Below are positions 1 through 9,662 of a DNA stretch of 35,012 nucleotides, in pieces. Source of the stretch: Anaerolineaceae bacterium (GTDB lineage Bacteria; Chloroflexota; Anaerolineae; Anaerolineales; Anaerolineaceae). The notes below the pieces were generated by a model. It saw only the letters and a list, made by a program, of their open reading frames with translations. It did not search any database and was not told the DNA's origin. The stretch covers positions 1 through 35,012 of the forward strand of contig DAIEPS010000001.1 in the NCBI GenBank assembly GCA_027348305.1, in the 5' to 3' direction. The position numbers and the translations under genes are program-made. Numbering within the stretch: position 1 is the stretch's first letter; each line of letters opens with the position of its first letter.

Positions 1-1
1 C

Positions 2-1249
2 ATCAAAAAAGCGGTCGAGTATGTACAGAAAATTGGCGCCGGCAAAGGTTCTACCAATTATCGTCTGCGCGACTGGCTGATCTCAAGACAGAGATATTGG
101 GGTGCCCCCATCCCCATGATCTACTGCCCGACCTGCGGCGTGCAGCCCGTCCCTGAGGATCAACTGCCTGTGGTGCTGCCCGAAGATGTGGAATGGAAGC
201 CGACCGGCGAAAGCCCGTTGAAACTGCATCCCACCTGGCGTTTCACCACCTGCCCCAAATGCGGCGGCAAGGCGGAACGGGAAACGGACACCATGGATAC
301 CTTCATGTGCTCGTCCTGGTATCCGCTGCGCTACCTCAGCCCGGACTATGACAAGGGTCCGTTTGACCCCAAGGAATACAACTACTGGATGCCCGTGGAT
401 GTGTATACCGGCGGCATTGAACACGCCACCATGCATCTGCTCTATGTGCGTTTCTTCCATAAAGCGATGCGCGATATGGGCATTACTGAAGGCAATGAAC
501 CCATGCTGCAATTACGCAATCAGGGCATGGTTCTCGGCGAAGACTCTGAAAAGATGTCCAAGAGCCGCGGAAACGTGGTGGCGCCAGACAACCTGGTGCA
601 ATCCTACGGTGCGGATACAACGCGCGCTTACCTGATGTTCTTCTCCAGGTGGGATATGGGCGGTCCGTGGAGCAGCGGCGGTATCGACGGTACTTCACGC
701 TGGCTGCGCCGCTTATGGAATACCATTCTGGAACCTGTGCAGACTGGTAAACCCGGCGAAGAGGCAGTCAAAGCGCTGCGCCGCAAGCTGCATCAGACTT
801 TGAAAGCGGTCACCAAAGACTACGAGACCTTCGAATTTAACACCATCGTTTCCGGTTTGATGGAGTTGCTCAACGAAATGGTGCGTGCCAAAGCGGAACT
901 CTACGGCAGCCCGGCATGGAACGAAGCTGTTGAAATTTACTTGAAGATGCTGGCGCCTGTCACCCCGCACATCAGCGAGGAATTCTGGCAGCATATTGGC
1001 AAGCCTTACTCCATCCACACCCAATCCTGGCCGAAAGTGGATGAAGCCGCCGCCGCCGAGGATGAGATCACCCTGGTGGTTCAGGTCAACGGCAAGCTGC
1101 GCGACCGCATCGTGGTGCCTGCCGGCATATCAGATGAGGAAGCTAAAAAAGTAGCACTCGAGAGCGAATCCGTCAAAAAGACGCTCGACGGTAAAGCACC
1201 GCGCCAGGTGATCTATGTCAAAGGCCGGTTGGTTAACATCGTTATCTAA
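2..1249 (+). CDS. leuS: Leucyl-tRNA synthetase, C-terminal part (5' end lies outside the window)
   Basis: The frame is open from nt 2. Its translation reads IKKAVEYVQKIGAGKGSTNYRLRDWLISRQRYWGAPIP before the listed Met at 116. It has the class-I KMSKS loop (SEKMSKSRGN) and a long C-terminal anticodon-binding region typical of bacterial LeuRS. Confidence 0.95.
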   Translation: MKKAVEYVQKIGAGKGSTNYRLRDWLISRQRYWGAPIPMIYCPTCGVQPVPEDQLPVVLPEDVEWKPTGESPLKLHPTWRFTTCPKCGGKAERETDTMDTFMCSSWYPLRYLSPDYDKGPFDPKEYNYWMPVDVYTGGIEHATMHLLYVRFFHKAMRDMGITEGNEPMLQLRNQGMVLGEDSEKMSKSRGNVVAPDNLVQSYGADTTRAYLMFFSRWDMGGPWSSGGIDGTSRWLRRLWNTILEPVQTGKPGEEAVKALRRKLHQTLKAVTKDYETFEFNTIVSGLMELLNEMVRAKAELYGSPAWNEAVEIYLKMLAPVTPHISEEFWQHIGKPYSIHTQSWPKVDEAAAAEDEITLVVQVNGKLRDRIVVPAGISDEEAKKVALESESVKKTLDGKAPRQVIYVKGRLVNIVI

Positions 1250-1278
1250 GAACATTAGATCATAACAAACTCTCACTA

Positions 1279-1316
1279 TAAACCCTCACCCAAGCTTGGG
1301 AGAGGGTTTATTTATG
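1279..1316 (+). terminator. Rho-independent terminator after leuS
   Basis: Hairpin TAAACCCTC-a-CCCAAGCTTGGG-a-GAGGGTTTA, followed by TTTAT, 30 nt after the leuS stop. Confidence 0.7.
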
Positions 1317-1324
1317 ATTAATCG

Positions 1325-1352
1325 TTGGACTTGCCGGATTTATCGTTATAAT
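1325..1352 (+). promoter_or_regulatory. Sigma-70-like promoter for the creatininase-family gene
   Basis: TTGGAC (1325-1330), a 16-nt spacer, then TATAAT (1347-1352), about 35 nt upstream of the ATG at 1387. Confidence 0.45.
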
Positions 1353-1386
1353 TAATTATTATTGTACCTTTGAGAGAGAGTTGATC

Positions 1387-2073
1387 ATGAGACTTGCCGA
1401 ATTGACCTGGATGGAAATTGAAGCATACCTGAAAAAAGACGATCGCGTCTTGTTGGTTTTGGGGGCTACCGAGCAGCACGGGTACATCAGCATCGGTGCG
1501 GATGTAAAGATTCCGCTTTCAATTGCCGATGCGGCATCCCAGCAAACCGGGGTGCCGGTGGCTCCGCCGTTTAACTTTGGTTGTTCCTCCTATTTCACCA
1601 AGTATCCCGGCACGATCAGCATGCGAGTGAGCACCTTCATAGCCGTGATCGAAGATATGGTGAGGTCACTCTACGGACAGGGATTCAAACGCTTTGTGAT
1701 CGTCAACGGGCACGGCGGCAACAAACCCGCCAAGGTTTCGCTGGGTGAACTGGTAAATGAATTGGAAGGCATCACCATTGCCTGGTACGATTGGTACGAA
1801 TCTTCATCCGTGACTGCGATTGCCAAACAGCACAATCTTGAGGGTTATCACGCCTCATGGATCGAGGCATTTCCGTTTGTGCGGCAAGCCAATATGCCGT
1901 CAGGTGATAAAGCGCCTTTTACCACCAACCTTATCCTCAGTTCTGAAGAGGTTAAGAAAGCCATTGGTGATGGCGTCTACGGCGGTCCGTATCACGTGGA
2001 GGATGCCATTATGGGCGAGATCTTTGCCGCAAGTGTGCGCGACGTGCTGCATATCCTTCAATTTGGTGGATAA
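1387..2073 (+). CDS. Creatininase (creatinine amidohydrolase) family protein
   Basis: Has LGATEQHG and VNGHGGN, the metal-ligand motifs characteristic of the creatininase/MftE-like fold. The ATG at 1387 is preferred over the TTG at 1381 listed in the ORF track. Confidence 0.8.
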   Translation: MRLAELTWMEIEAYLKKDDRVLLVLGATEQHGYISIGADVKIPLSIADAASQQTGVPVAPPFNFGCSSYFTKYPGTISMRVSTFIAVIEDMVRSLYGQGFKRFVIVNGHGGNKPAKVSLGELVNELEGITIAWYDWYESSSVTAIAKQHNLEGYHASWIEAFPFVRQANMPSGDKAPFTTNLILSSEEVKKAIGDGVYGGPYHVEDAIMGEIFAASVRDVLHILQFGG

Positions 2074-2088
2074 GCCACTTCCATCCAA

Positions 2089-2125
2089 GAACCGGGTTTC
2101 TAAAGAGAAACCCGGTTCTTTTTTG
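2089..2125 (+). terminator. Rho-independent terminator
   Basis: GAACCGGGTTTC-taaaga-GAAACCCGGTTC followed by TTTTTT. Confidence 0.8.
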
Positions 2126-2176
2126 CCAACCTTAAGAAAATTTGACGATTCTCACCCGATAGGGCACAATTGATTT

Positions 2177-3916
2177 ATGAATAAGAATGCCCGCTTGATC
2201 CAAAAAGCCCGAACTGCCGGGATATTATTTCCGCTCATCGTGTTGTTTGGCTTTCTGGCCGGGGGACTGGTGATATGGCAGGCGTGGCTGTTAAGTGACG
2301 TGATCTCAAAGGTATTTCTATCAAAACAAACCCTGATTCAGGTGATGCCTTTATTGCGCATCACACTGGGGGTCGTGCTCGCTCGCGCCCTTTTCACCAT
2401 GATCAATGAAAGCCTGGCAGGCAGGCTGGCGGTGAAGATCAAGAACGGACTGCGTGAAGAACTCATTAGCAAGATCAACAGATTAGGCCCCATCTTCCTC
2501 AAGGGAGAAAAAGCCGGAGAACTGACCACAACCGCGCTGCAGGGGCTGGATGCTCTGGATGCCTATTTCAGCCAATATCTGCCTCAAATTCTGCTGGCAG
2601 CGCTTCTACCCCTGACCATCCTGATCGTGGTCTTTCCGATCGACCTGTTGACCGGCATTGTGTTTGTGATCACGGCACCGCTGATCCCGGTGTTCATGAT
2701 CCTGATCGGCAAACTCTCACAGAACCACACCCAACGCCAGTGGACGGCCCTTACGCGTCTCGGAGCTTATTTTCTGGATACCCTGCAGGGGCTTTCCACC
2801 TTAATGCAGTTGGGTCGTAGCCGAGAACGCGGCGAGAAGATACGTCAGGTAAGTGAACGCTACCGTGAAGTGACCATGAACGTTTTCAAGATCACATTTC
2901 TTTCCGCTTTTGTACTTGAATTGATCGCCACCATTTCAACCGCCCTGGTGGCGGTGGAAATCGGCTTGAGGTTGCTTTATGGACGCATGGAATTTCAACA
3001 GGCTTTTTTCATTCTATTGATCGCGCCTGAATTTTATCTTCCGCTGCGCAACTTGAGTGTACGCTATCATGCCGGCATGAACGGACTGACCGCCGCCGGA
3101 CGGATCTTCCAGGTATTGGATACACCCGAAGCCACTCCTTCTATGATAGAGACTTCCCCTAAAACGGACCCTTTTTTGGCTGGTTCAAGGATAGCTTTTC
3201 AAGGTGTGACATACCACTATCCCGATAACCCTGAAGCCGCTTTGGAGGGGATCAACCTTGAAATTGAAAGTGGCAAACACTACGCACTGGTCGGGGAGAG
3301 CGGTGCAGGCAAAAGCACATTGGCTCAACTGCTCATGCGTTTCATCATTCCTCAAAGCGGCATCATTCAGTTGAATAATGAAGACATCCAGGCATGGGAT
3401 CTTGACCAATGGCGGAGCAAAATTGCCTGGGTGCCGCAGACTGCCAGGGTGTTCAATACCAGTCTCCTTGAAAATGTTCGCCTAAATGATTTGGCAGTTT
3501 CCAAAGACGCAGTGCTTGCTGCGCTTGAGCAAGCCGGATTGCTGCCGCTTCTATCTCACCTGCCTGATGGACTGGACACGCCCCTTTTGGAAGGCGGCGT
3601 CAGACTGAGCGGTGGGGAAGCGCGCCGGGTGGTGCTGGCCAGGGCTTTCCTTAAAAACGCGCCATTGTTGATCATGGATGAACCCACAGCCCACCTGGAT
3701 CTGGATCTGGAATGTGAATTCATTGAGACTTCACAGAGACTTCAGCAGGGACGCACCACCCTGACCATTGCCCACCGTCTGGCTACGGTTACCCGGGCCG
3801 ACCTGATATTTGTGCTCAAGCGCGGAAAACTGGTTGAGCAGGGCACGCACCTTGAATTGACCTCGATGCAGGGTGAGTACACCCGCCTGCTTCATGATGC
3901 CAGGAGGCGCGTATGA
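2177..3916 (+). CDS. cydD: Thiol-reductant ABC exporter subunit CydD (half-transporter: TMD plus NBD)
   Basis: N-terminal six-helix-type membrane domain. Walker A is GESGAGKST, signature is LSGGEARRV, and Walker B is LLIMDEPTAHLD. It is paired with a second half-transporter through a 4-nt ATGA overlap. Confidence 0.75.
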   Translation: MNKNARLIQKARTAGILFPLIVLFGFLAGGLVIWQAWLLSDVISKVFLSKQTLIQVMPLLRITLGVVLARALFTMINESLAGRLAVKIKNGLREELISKINRLGPIFLKGEKAGELTTTALQGLDALDAYFSQYLPQILLAALLPLTILIVVFPIDLLTGIVFVITAPLIPVFMILIGKLSQNHTQRQWTALTRLGAYFLDTLQGLSTLMQLGRSRERGEKIRQVSERYREVTMNVFKITFLSAFVLELIATISTALVAVEIGLRLLYGRMEFQQAFFILLIAPEFYLPLRNLSVRYHAGMNGLTAAGRIFQVLDTPEATPSMIETSPKTDPFLAGSRIAFQGVTYHYPDNPEAALEGINLEIESGKHYALVGESGAGKSTLAQLLMRFIIPQSGIIQLNNEDIQAWDLDQWRSKIAWVPQTARVFNTSLLENVRLNDLAVSKDAVLAALEQAGLLPLLSHLPDGLDTPLLEGGVRLSGGEARRVVLARAFLKNAPLLIMDEPTAHLDLDLECEFIETSQRLQQGRTTLTIAHRLATVTRADLIFVLKRGKLVEQGTHLELTSMQGEYTRLLHDARRRV

Positions 3917-5643
3917 GCACCATCCAAAAACTCCTGCAATTCTTGAAACCTTTTTTCTGGGAGATCTGCCTTTCTGTTCTATTGGGCATCGCCACGATCA
4001 GCGCAGGCATCGGTATGTTGGGCACTTCTGCATTTTTGATCGCTTCGGCTGCCTTGCATCCGTCCATCTCGGAATTGCAGGTGGCGATCGTCGGTGTGCG
4101 TTTTTTTGGCATCAGTCGGGCAGGTTTCAGATATCTCGAACGGCTCGTGTCACATTCGGTTAATTTAAGAGTCCTTTCTCGTCTTCGTGAATGGTTCTAC
4201 GATCGGGTCGAAGCCTCTCCACCGGCTGAATTTCATACCCTCAAAGCCGGGGATCTGTTGAACCGGGTCATGGGAGATCTGGAAGTTCTTGAAAATTTCT
4301 ATGTGCGAGTGGTCAGCCCTGTGGTGGTCGCCTTTGTTGTTGCTGCTGGGGTGAGTTTGTTCATTGGAACTTATGATGCCCATTTGGGCCTCATTCTGGC
4401 AGCCGGCTTAACCCTTAATGGCATTATCCTGCCCATTTTGTCTATCCTGGTCACCAGGCCTTTGGCCAAAAAAATGCTTGAAATGCGATCCAACCTTTCA
4501 GCCCGAACAGTTGAATGGCTTCAAGGGCTGGAAGAACTGCAAAGCAGTGGTGCACAAAACCGCTGGGCTGACGGGATTCTCGACAAGGGTAAAGAAGGCG
4601 GAATATGGCAGACCCGAATTTCCACGTTGAACGGAATAAACTCTGGTTTGGGGTTGCTCATCCTCAACTTGACTTTGCTGGTTTTGTTATGGGTTGCCAT
4701 CCCTTTGGTCTCGTTTGAGGCTATAAGCGGGGTTTCGCTGGCGGTCATCCTGCTCATGGGAATGGCAAGTTTTGAATCCGTGGCGAATTTACCCCAGGCT
4801 GCGGTGATGCTCAACTCGAGTCTGGAAGCCGCCAAAAGGATCTTTGAGTTGGGAGAAGATCACCAGGTTGTGAGAACCTTTGACGCCCTTCCTGAAACGT
4901 GGATGCCCAATAGGATTGACGTGAAGGATCTATGCTTTGATTACGCAGAGGGAGATAATTTTCAACTCAAAGACATTTCATTCAGCCTTGAGCCAGGCAA
5001 AAAACTGGCCCTGGTGGGTGCCAGTGGTTCGGGCAAAACCAGCCTGGTTAACCTGATCCTGCAGTTCTGGAATCCGCGGGAAGGCAGAATTTCGTTGGGG
5101 CAAATGGATGCGGCAAGGATCGACCCCTACCGGGTTCGCTCTTATTTTGCCGTCATTTCGCAAAATACTACGCTGTTCAGTGCCAGCCTGCGTGAGAACC
5201 TTTTGCTGGCTGATCCGCAGGCCGATGATCAGAAACTGATCCAGACACTAAAACTGGCTGAATTGGAGGATTGGTTGGATCGCCTGCCTCAAGGGCTGGG
5301 AACCTGGCTCGGGGACCAGGGATTGAGGTTAAGCGGTGGTGAGCGCCAGAGAGTGGCGATTGCCCGCGCCCTGCTTCAAGACCGCCCCTATTTATTGTTG
5401 GATGAACCTGTGGAGAATCTTGACCCGGTCGCCGCAAAGAAGATCATGACAACCCTGTTTAAACTGTTCGAAAAGCGGGGAGTGCTGTTGATCACCCACG
5501 ATTTCTCATGGCTTGACCGGATGGATGAGATCCTGCTCCTTCAAAATGGAGAAATCCTTGAAAGAGGAACTTACTCTGATCTCGCATCACAAGGTGGAAG
5601 ATTCTCTGACCTGAAAGTGCTGCAAGAACAAAGTCTGGCATAA
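3913..5643 (+). CDS. cydC: Thiol-reductant ABC exporter subunit CydC
   Basis: The N-terminus has a CydC-like block (VRFFGISRAGFRYLERLVSHSVNLRVLSRLR). Walker A is GASGSGKTS, signature is LSGGERQRVAIARALL, and Walker B is YLLLDEPVENLD. Confidence 0.75.
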   Translation: MSTIQKLLQFLKPFFWEICLSVLLGIATISAGIGMLGTSAFLIASAALHPSISELQVAIVGVRFFGISRAGFRYLERLVSHSVNLRVLSRLREWFYDRVEASPPAEFHTLKAGDLLNRVMGDLEVLENFYVRVVSPVVVAFVVAAGVSLFIGTYDAHLGLILAAGLTLNGIILPILSILVTRPLAKKMLEMRSNLSARTVEWLQGLEELQSSGAQNRWADGILDKGKEGGIWQTRISTLNGINSGLGLLILNLTLLVLLWVAIPLVSFEAISGVSLAVILLMGMASFESVANLPQAAVMLNSSLEAAKRIFELGEDHQVVRTFDALPETWMPNRIDVKDLCFDYAEGDNFQLKDISFSLEPGKKLALVGASGSGKTSLVNLILQFWNPREGRISLGQMDAARIDPYRVRSYFAVISQNTTLFSASLRENLLLADPQADDQKLIQTLKLAELEDWLDRLPQGLGTWLGDQGLRLSGGERQRVAIARALLQDRPYLLLDEPVENLDPVAAKKIMTTLFKLFEKRGVLLITHDFSWLDRMDEILLLQNGEILERGTYSDLASQGGRFSDLKVLQEQSLA

Positions 5644-5646
5644 AAT

Positions 5647-5690
5647 AGAACCCACACTGATGGACCCTTCCATGAGTGTGGGTTCTTTCG
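5647..5690. terminator. Hairpin between convergent cydC and tsaC, possibly a bidirectional terminator
   Basis: AGAACCCACACT-16 nt-AGTGTGGGTTCT, with short T-rich flanks on both strands. The T-tracts are weak. Confidence 0.5.
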
Positions 5691-5754
5691 AGGAGAAGAA
5701 GAGCAATATTATCTTATTAAGTTAAGAGTCCGATTAAAAACAGGTTAGAAAATT

Positions 5755-6384
5755 CTAAGCTTTTTGTATTTCCAATACTTTGAATATTTGTTCGCTGGTA
5801 ACAGGCCCCGTGCGCAGCACTATCGGTTCCGAGCCGCTGCAATCGATCACGGTTGAAGGCACACCGCCAGGGCATTTGCCGCCGTCCAGGATCAACGGAA
5901 CGCGATTGCAGAGTTGATCGAACACATCCCTGGCGCTGACCGCATCCGGTTTGCCTGAAAGGTTTGCGGAAGTTGTTGCCAGCGGGCCGAAAGTTCGCAG
6001 CATTTCAAGCGCGACAGGATGATTGGGCATACGAATGCCGATGCGATCAGTATTTGAGATCAATTCAGGCAGGGTGTTTTTACGCGGAACGATCACGGTC
6101 AAACCACCAGGCCAAAAAGCCTCACAGAGGCGCATGGCCATTTCAGTCATGTGGTCTGTAACCAGTTGGGCTTGTTCAACGGAGCCAACCAGGATGGCGA
6201 TGGCTTTATTGGAGTCCCTACCTTTGGCTTCAAAAAGCTTGATGATGCCGGAGGCCTGAAAAGGATCTGCACCCAAACCATAAACGGTATCGGTCGGAAA
6301 AGCGACAATTTCTCCATCTCTGAATAACGATAATGCCGAACTGATAGATTCTGGATTGTCTGCGGGTAGGGTTATTGTCTGCAT
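5755..6384 (-). CDS. tsaC: L-threonylcarbamoyladenylate synthase, YrdC-domain-only (TsaC) type
   Basis: Has the FPTDTVYGLGADP signature. The 209-aa size indicates a YrdC domain without the Sua5 C-terminal extension. It sits in the conserved prfA-prmC-tsaC arrangement. Confidence 0.85.
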   Translation of the reverse strand: MQTITLPADNPESISSALSLFRDGEIVAFPTDTVYGLGADPFQASGIIKLFEAKGRDSNKAIAILVGSVEQAQLVTDHMTEMAMRLCEAFWPGGLTVIVPRKNTLPELISNTDRIGIRMPNHPVALEMLRTFGPLATTSANLSGKPDAVSARDVFDQLCNRVPLILDGGKCPGGVPSTVIDCSGSEPIVLRTGPVTSEQIFKVLEIQKA

Positions 6385-6396
6385 ATATACCTCATT

Positions 6397-7251
6397 CTAT
6401 ACAATTATTTTAAGGATTCTTGGGTGATTGGCAAGGTCATACAGTATGCTTTTTTCCACTCCAGGAAGCAATGTTTCAACAACTTCTAAAACACTTTCGG
6501 CTTGCCCCTCCTCAATTTCAAGAATTATCATTCCACTCGAATTAAGGTGTTCACGAGATTGCTGTAATAAGCGTTTGACCAGATCCAATCCATCGGCACC
6601 GCCATCCAGTGCGAGTAGAGGTTCAAACCGGGTGACCAGCAGGGTTTTAAGTTTTTCAGTGGGGATATATGGAAGATTGGCAGCGATGACGTCAAAACGA
6701 CCAGGGCAATTTTGAAGAAGGTCGTTTTGTTTGAATTCAATTTGGGTTTCGACCTTTAAGAGGGCGGCATTCTTCTTGGCAACCTCCAGCGCTTTTTCTG
6801 AAATGTCGATGGCGGTCACCTGCAGGTCTTCAAACCGATCAGCCAGGGTAAGTGCAATGACGCCTGAACCGGTGCCAACATCAACGAGTTTTCGTTTTGA
6901 GGGATGTTCTTCCAGCCAGGTGATACATTCCTCGATCAATAGTTCAGTTTCAGGTCTTGGGATGAGCACGTCAGGGGTGACACAGAAATCCAGCCCATAG
7001 AAGGACTGTTTGCCAACCAGGTAAGGCAGTGGTTCACCATTTTTGATCCGCTCAAGCAACTGGTTGGCGCTTTGCAATTGCAAGTCATTAAGTTCATAGT
7101 CTGGATGGGTGGCCAGCCATTCGCGGGATTTATCCAGTACGTGACACAATATCACCCGGGTTTCTAGTGATGCAAACTCGGAGTGTTCGGCCAGTTCTCT
7201 GGTGGAGTCGATCAGCCAATCAATTGTTTTAGTCTTCTTCATCATCCCCAT
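6397..7251 (-). CDS. prmC: Release-factor glutamine N5-methyltransferase PrmC/HemK
   Basis: SAM motif VDVGTGSGVIAL. The catalytic motif reads NLPY where NPPY is expected. It lies immediately downstream of prfA. The ORF is open up to 7296, but Mets at 7251, 7245 or 7242 give a short overlap with the prfA stop, so the start is uncertain. Confidence 0.85.
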   Translation of the reverse strand: MGMMKKTKTIDWLIDSTRELAEHSEFASLETRVILCHVLDKSREWLATHPDYELNDLQLQSANQLLERIKNGEPLPYLVGKQSFYGLDFCVTPDVLIPRPETELLIEECITWLEEHPSKRKLVDVGTGSGVIALTLADRFEDLQVTAIDISEKALEVAKKNAALLKVETQIEFKQNDLLQNCPGRFDVIAANLPYIPTEKLKTLLVTRFEPLLALDGGADGLDLVKRLLQQSREHLNSSGMIILEIEEGQAESVLEVVETLLPGVEKSILYDLANHPRILKIIV

Positions 7252-8302
7252 TGGTAGATAATCGATCTGTCTCGTCTCGTTGTGATAACTCATCAATAAA
7301 GAGATCCAGGTCTCCCGCCATGACGCCCGGGAGGTTATATGAAGAAATGTTTATTCGGTGATCAGTAACCCGGCTTTGCGGGTAATTGTAGGTGCGGATC
7401 TTTTCTGAACGATCACCGGTGCCCACCTGCGAACGCCTGGCTTCTTCACGCTCGCTTTGTACGCGCTGCATTTCAATATCATAGAGTCTAGAACGTAAAA
7501 TGCTTAATGCGCGCAGGCGGTTTTGCAGTTGGGAGCGTTCGTCCTGGCAGGCAACCACCAGACCGGTTGGCTTATGGGTGATGCGTACGGCTGTGGCATT
7601 CTTCTGCACATTTTGTCCGCCGGCACCTGAAGATCTGAAGACATCCACTTCAATATCCGTATCCGGGATTTGAATATCAACATCTTCCATTTCAGCCATG
7701 ACGGCTACTGTTACGGTTGAAGTATGAATACGGCCGGAGGATTCTGTGCTCGGAATACGCTGCACACGATGGACACCCGATTCAAACTTGAAGCGTGAGT
7801 AAGCACCCTTGCCTTTGACCATGAAAATGATCTCTTTGTATCCGCCGATGCCTGTTTCATTGGCAGACATGATCTCAATGCTCCAACGGTGGGCTTCGGC
7901 GTAATGCGAGTACATGCGCATGAGTTCGGCTGCGAACAAGCCAGATTCATCGCCGCCTGCACCGGCTCTGATCTCAATGTATACATTGCGATCATCCCTT
8001 GGATCTTTTGGAACCAGCATGGCTTTGATCTTCTTTTCCATCTCTTCAATTTGAGGAGTTAAGGTTTCGATCTCAGCTTTTGCCATTTCAACGAATTCAG
8101 CTTCGCCGCTGTTCTCCATCTCTTTGGCCTGGTCCATTTTTGCCATTAAGTCGCGGTATTCGATGGAAAGCGGATAGATATCATCAAGCTCTGCGCGTTC
8201 CTTGGCGAGTTCAGTGATCTTTTGATAATCTTCCACGTTGACTTCCATCAACCTGGTTAATTCTGCATATCTGTCTTGAATCTGGATGATCTTATCGAGC
8301 AT
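7229..8302 (-). CDS. prfA: Peptide chain release factor 1
   Basis: GGQ motif (SSGAGGQNVQK), an RF1-type PxT tripeptide (RIPSTESSGRIHTS), and an N-terminal coiled region typical of class-I release factors. Confidence 0.95.
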   Translation of the reverse strand: MLDKIIQIQDRYAELTRLMEVNVEDYQKITELAKERAELDDIYPLSIEYRDLMAKMDQAKEMENSGEAEFVEMAKAEIETLTPQIEEMEKKIKAMLVPKDPRDDRNVYIEIRAGAGGDESGLFAAELMRMYSHYAEAHRWSIEIMSANETGIGGYKEIIFMVKGKGAYSRFKFESGVHRVQRIPSTESSGRIHTSTVTVAVMAEMEDVDIQIPDTDIEVDVFRSSGAGGQNVQKNATAVRITHKPTGLVVACQDERSQLQNRLRALSILRSRLYDIEMQRVQSEREEARRSQVGTGDRSEKIRTYNYPQSRVTDHRINISSYNLPGVMAGDLDLFIDELSQRDETDRLSTNGDDEED

Positions 8303-8387
8303 AGGTACCTGTCATTAAGCCATAAAGTAATTTGTATGCGTGTATTATACCAGTATGAAGCCACCGAGAGCGTTTCAGCCCACCTTT

Positions 8388-8424
8388 GAAAAAAAAAGAT
8401 TGGATCATGAGCGATCCAATCTTT
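8388..8424 (-). terminator. Rho-independent terminator after the DUF3597 gene
   Basis: AAGATTGGATC-atgagc-GATCCAATCTT. On the minus strand it is followed by a run of about nine T (plus-strand A-run at 8388-8397). Confidence 0.7.
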
Positions 8425-8446
8425 TATTATTTATCAGGAGTGTAGA

Positions 8447-8944
8447 TTAATTGAGTAAGTTTTGCGGAATATTGCCGCCATTGGCTGCAATTCTCTTTAA
8501 GACTTCCTTGTGCAGCCAGACATTCATTTCTGAATAATCGCCGCCAATTTTATCGGCAGGGCAACCCAATTCTGCGGCCAATTCTTTGCGGGATGCAAGA
8601 CTGCTGTCAAGGTCGAGCAATTTCAAAAGATCGACGATGGAAACTTTCCAATCCAATTTCTGTGGGTTGGCTTTGGCGAGTGAATCGAGTTTGCTGACGA
8701 CATCCACTTCGCTAATGGCAGTTACGGCAGGTTTGGGGGTAAAGGCTGGGGATACGAACAAAGGTGCAACACCAGCATTAGGTTTAACTGCATTTGGATT
8801 CGGTCTTGAATCCATCTGGCTTGGGTGCGTTGGTTTTGGCGCCATCGGTTTAGGAGCAACAGGTGCAGCACCGGCCGCCACTTTTGCATCTTGATCATGT
8901 TTCTTCAGTCCTAACTTTTCGAGAATGTTACTGAACAGGCCCAT
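8447..8944 (-). CDS. DUF3597-like protein with a Pro/Ala-rich linker
   Basis: The N-terminus MGLFSNILEKLGL and the C-terminal block LDLDSSLASRKELAAELGCP...YSEMNVWLHKEVLKRIA match DUF3597 proteins as I remember them. No search was run. Confidence 0.55.
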   Translation of the reverse strand: MGLFSNILEKLGLKKHDQDAKVAAGAAPVAPKPMAPKPTHPSQMDSRPNPNAVKPNAGVAPLFVSPAFTPKPAVTAISEVDVVSKLDSLAKANPQKLDWKVSIVDLLKLLDLDSSLASRKELAAELGCPADKIGGDYSEMNVWLHKEVLKRIAANGGNIPQNLLN

Positions 8945-9151
8945 TTTTGTCCTTTCTATATCTATAAGTATGTTTCCCTTTTTTTATTATATTGTTTTCT
9001 CATTTTCAAAACAAGTAATTTGCGAATATTTTAAAGTAATAGAATGATGAAACCAGTGTTCACGGGTTAATCGGAATTTTAATATCTGTGTTTACGGACA
9101 TAAGGTTTTAGCATAGAATTCATTGATCACACTGTTGTTTGGAGGAAACGC

Positions 9152-9550
9152 ATGACCTGTCGAGAAAAAACCATCATTAAAACGGATCTGGCCCCTGCGG
9201 CCATTGGACCTTATTCAGTGGGTGTTGCGGGCGGCCCGTTCGTTTTCACAGCCGGGCAGCTTGGCATCAATCCCAAAACCGGCAGTCTGGTTGAAGGCGG
9301 TATTGAAGCCGAAACGCGCCAGGCTTTGCAGAACCTTTCTGCCATTCTCGAAGCCGCAAATTCCTGCCTGGATAACGTGGTCAAGACCACAGTTTTTCTC
9401 AGGGACATCAATGACTTCGCAAAAATGAACACGGTTTATGGAGAATTCTTCACAGAAAACCCGCCTGCCAGATCAGCAGTGCAGGTAGCCGCTTTGCCAA
9501 AAAATGGTGCTGTGGAAATTGAAGCCATCAGTTTAACCAACAAGAATTAA
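9152..9550 (+). CDS. ridA: RidA/YjgF-family reactive enamine/imine deaminase
   Basis: 132 aa, with PAAIGPYS near the N-terminus and a C-terminal ARSAVQVAALPKNGAVEIEA block. A GGAGGA Shine-Dalgarno lies upstream. Confidence 0.85.
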   Translation: MTCREKTIIKTDLAPAAIGPYSVGVAGGPFVFTAGQLGINPKTGSLVEGGIEAETRQALQNLSAILEAANSCLDNVVKTTVFLRDINDFAKMNTVYGEFFTENPPARSAVQVAALPKNGAVEIEAISLTNKN

Positions 9551-9662
9551 CAATAGCCATCAATGCGCCCCAGTTCACTGAAAGAATTTTCAGCGGGTTG
9601 GGGCGGAAAACTGCCTGCACCAAGACGATTATCAAGTAAAATACTTCTGAGGGAAACCACCC

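Noticed and set aside
8945-9151. The direct repeat GTGTT(C/T)ACGG, present twice about 30 nt apart in the AT-rich region upstream of ridA, as a regulator site.
   Set aside because: The repeat is short (10 nt with a mismatch), there is no adjacent regulator gene and it has no palindromic character. This is insufficient evidence beyond chance.
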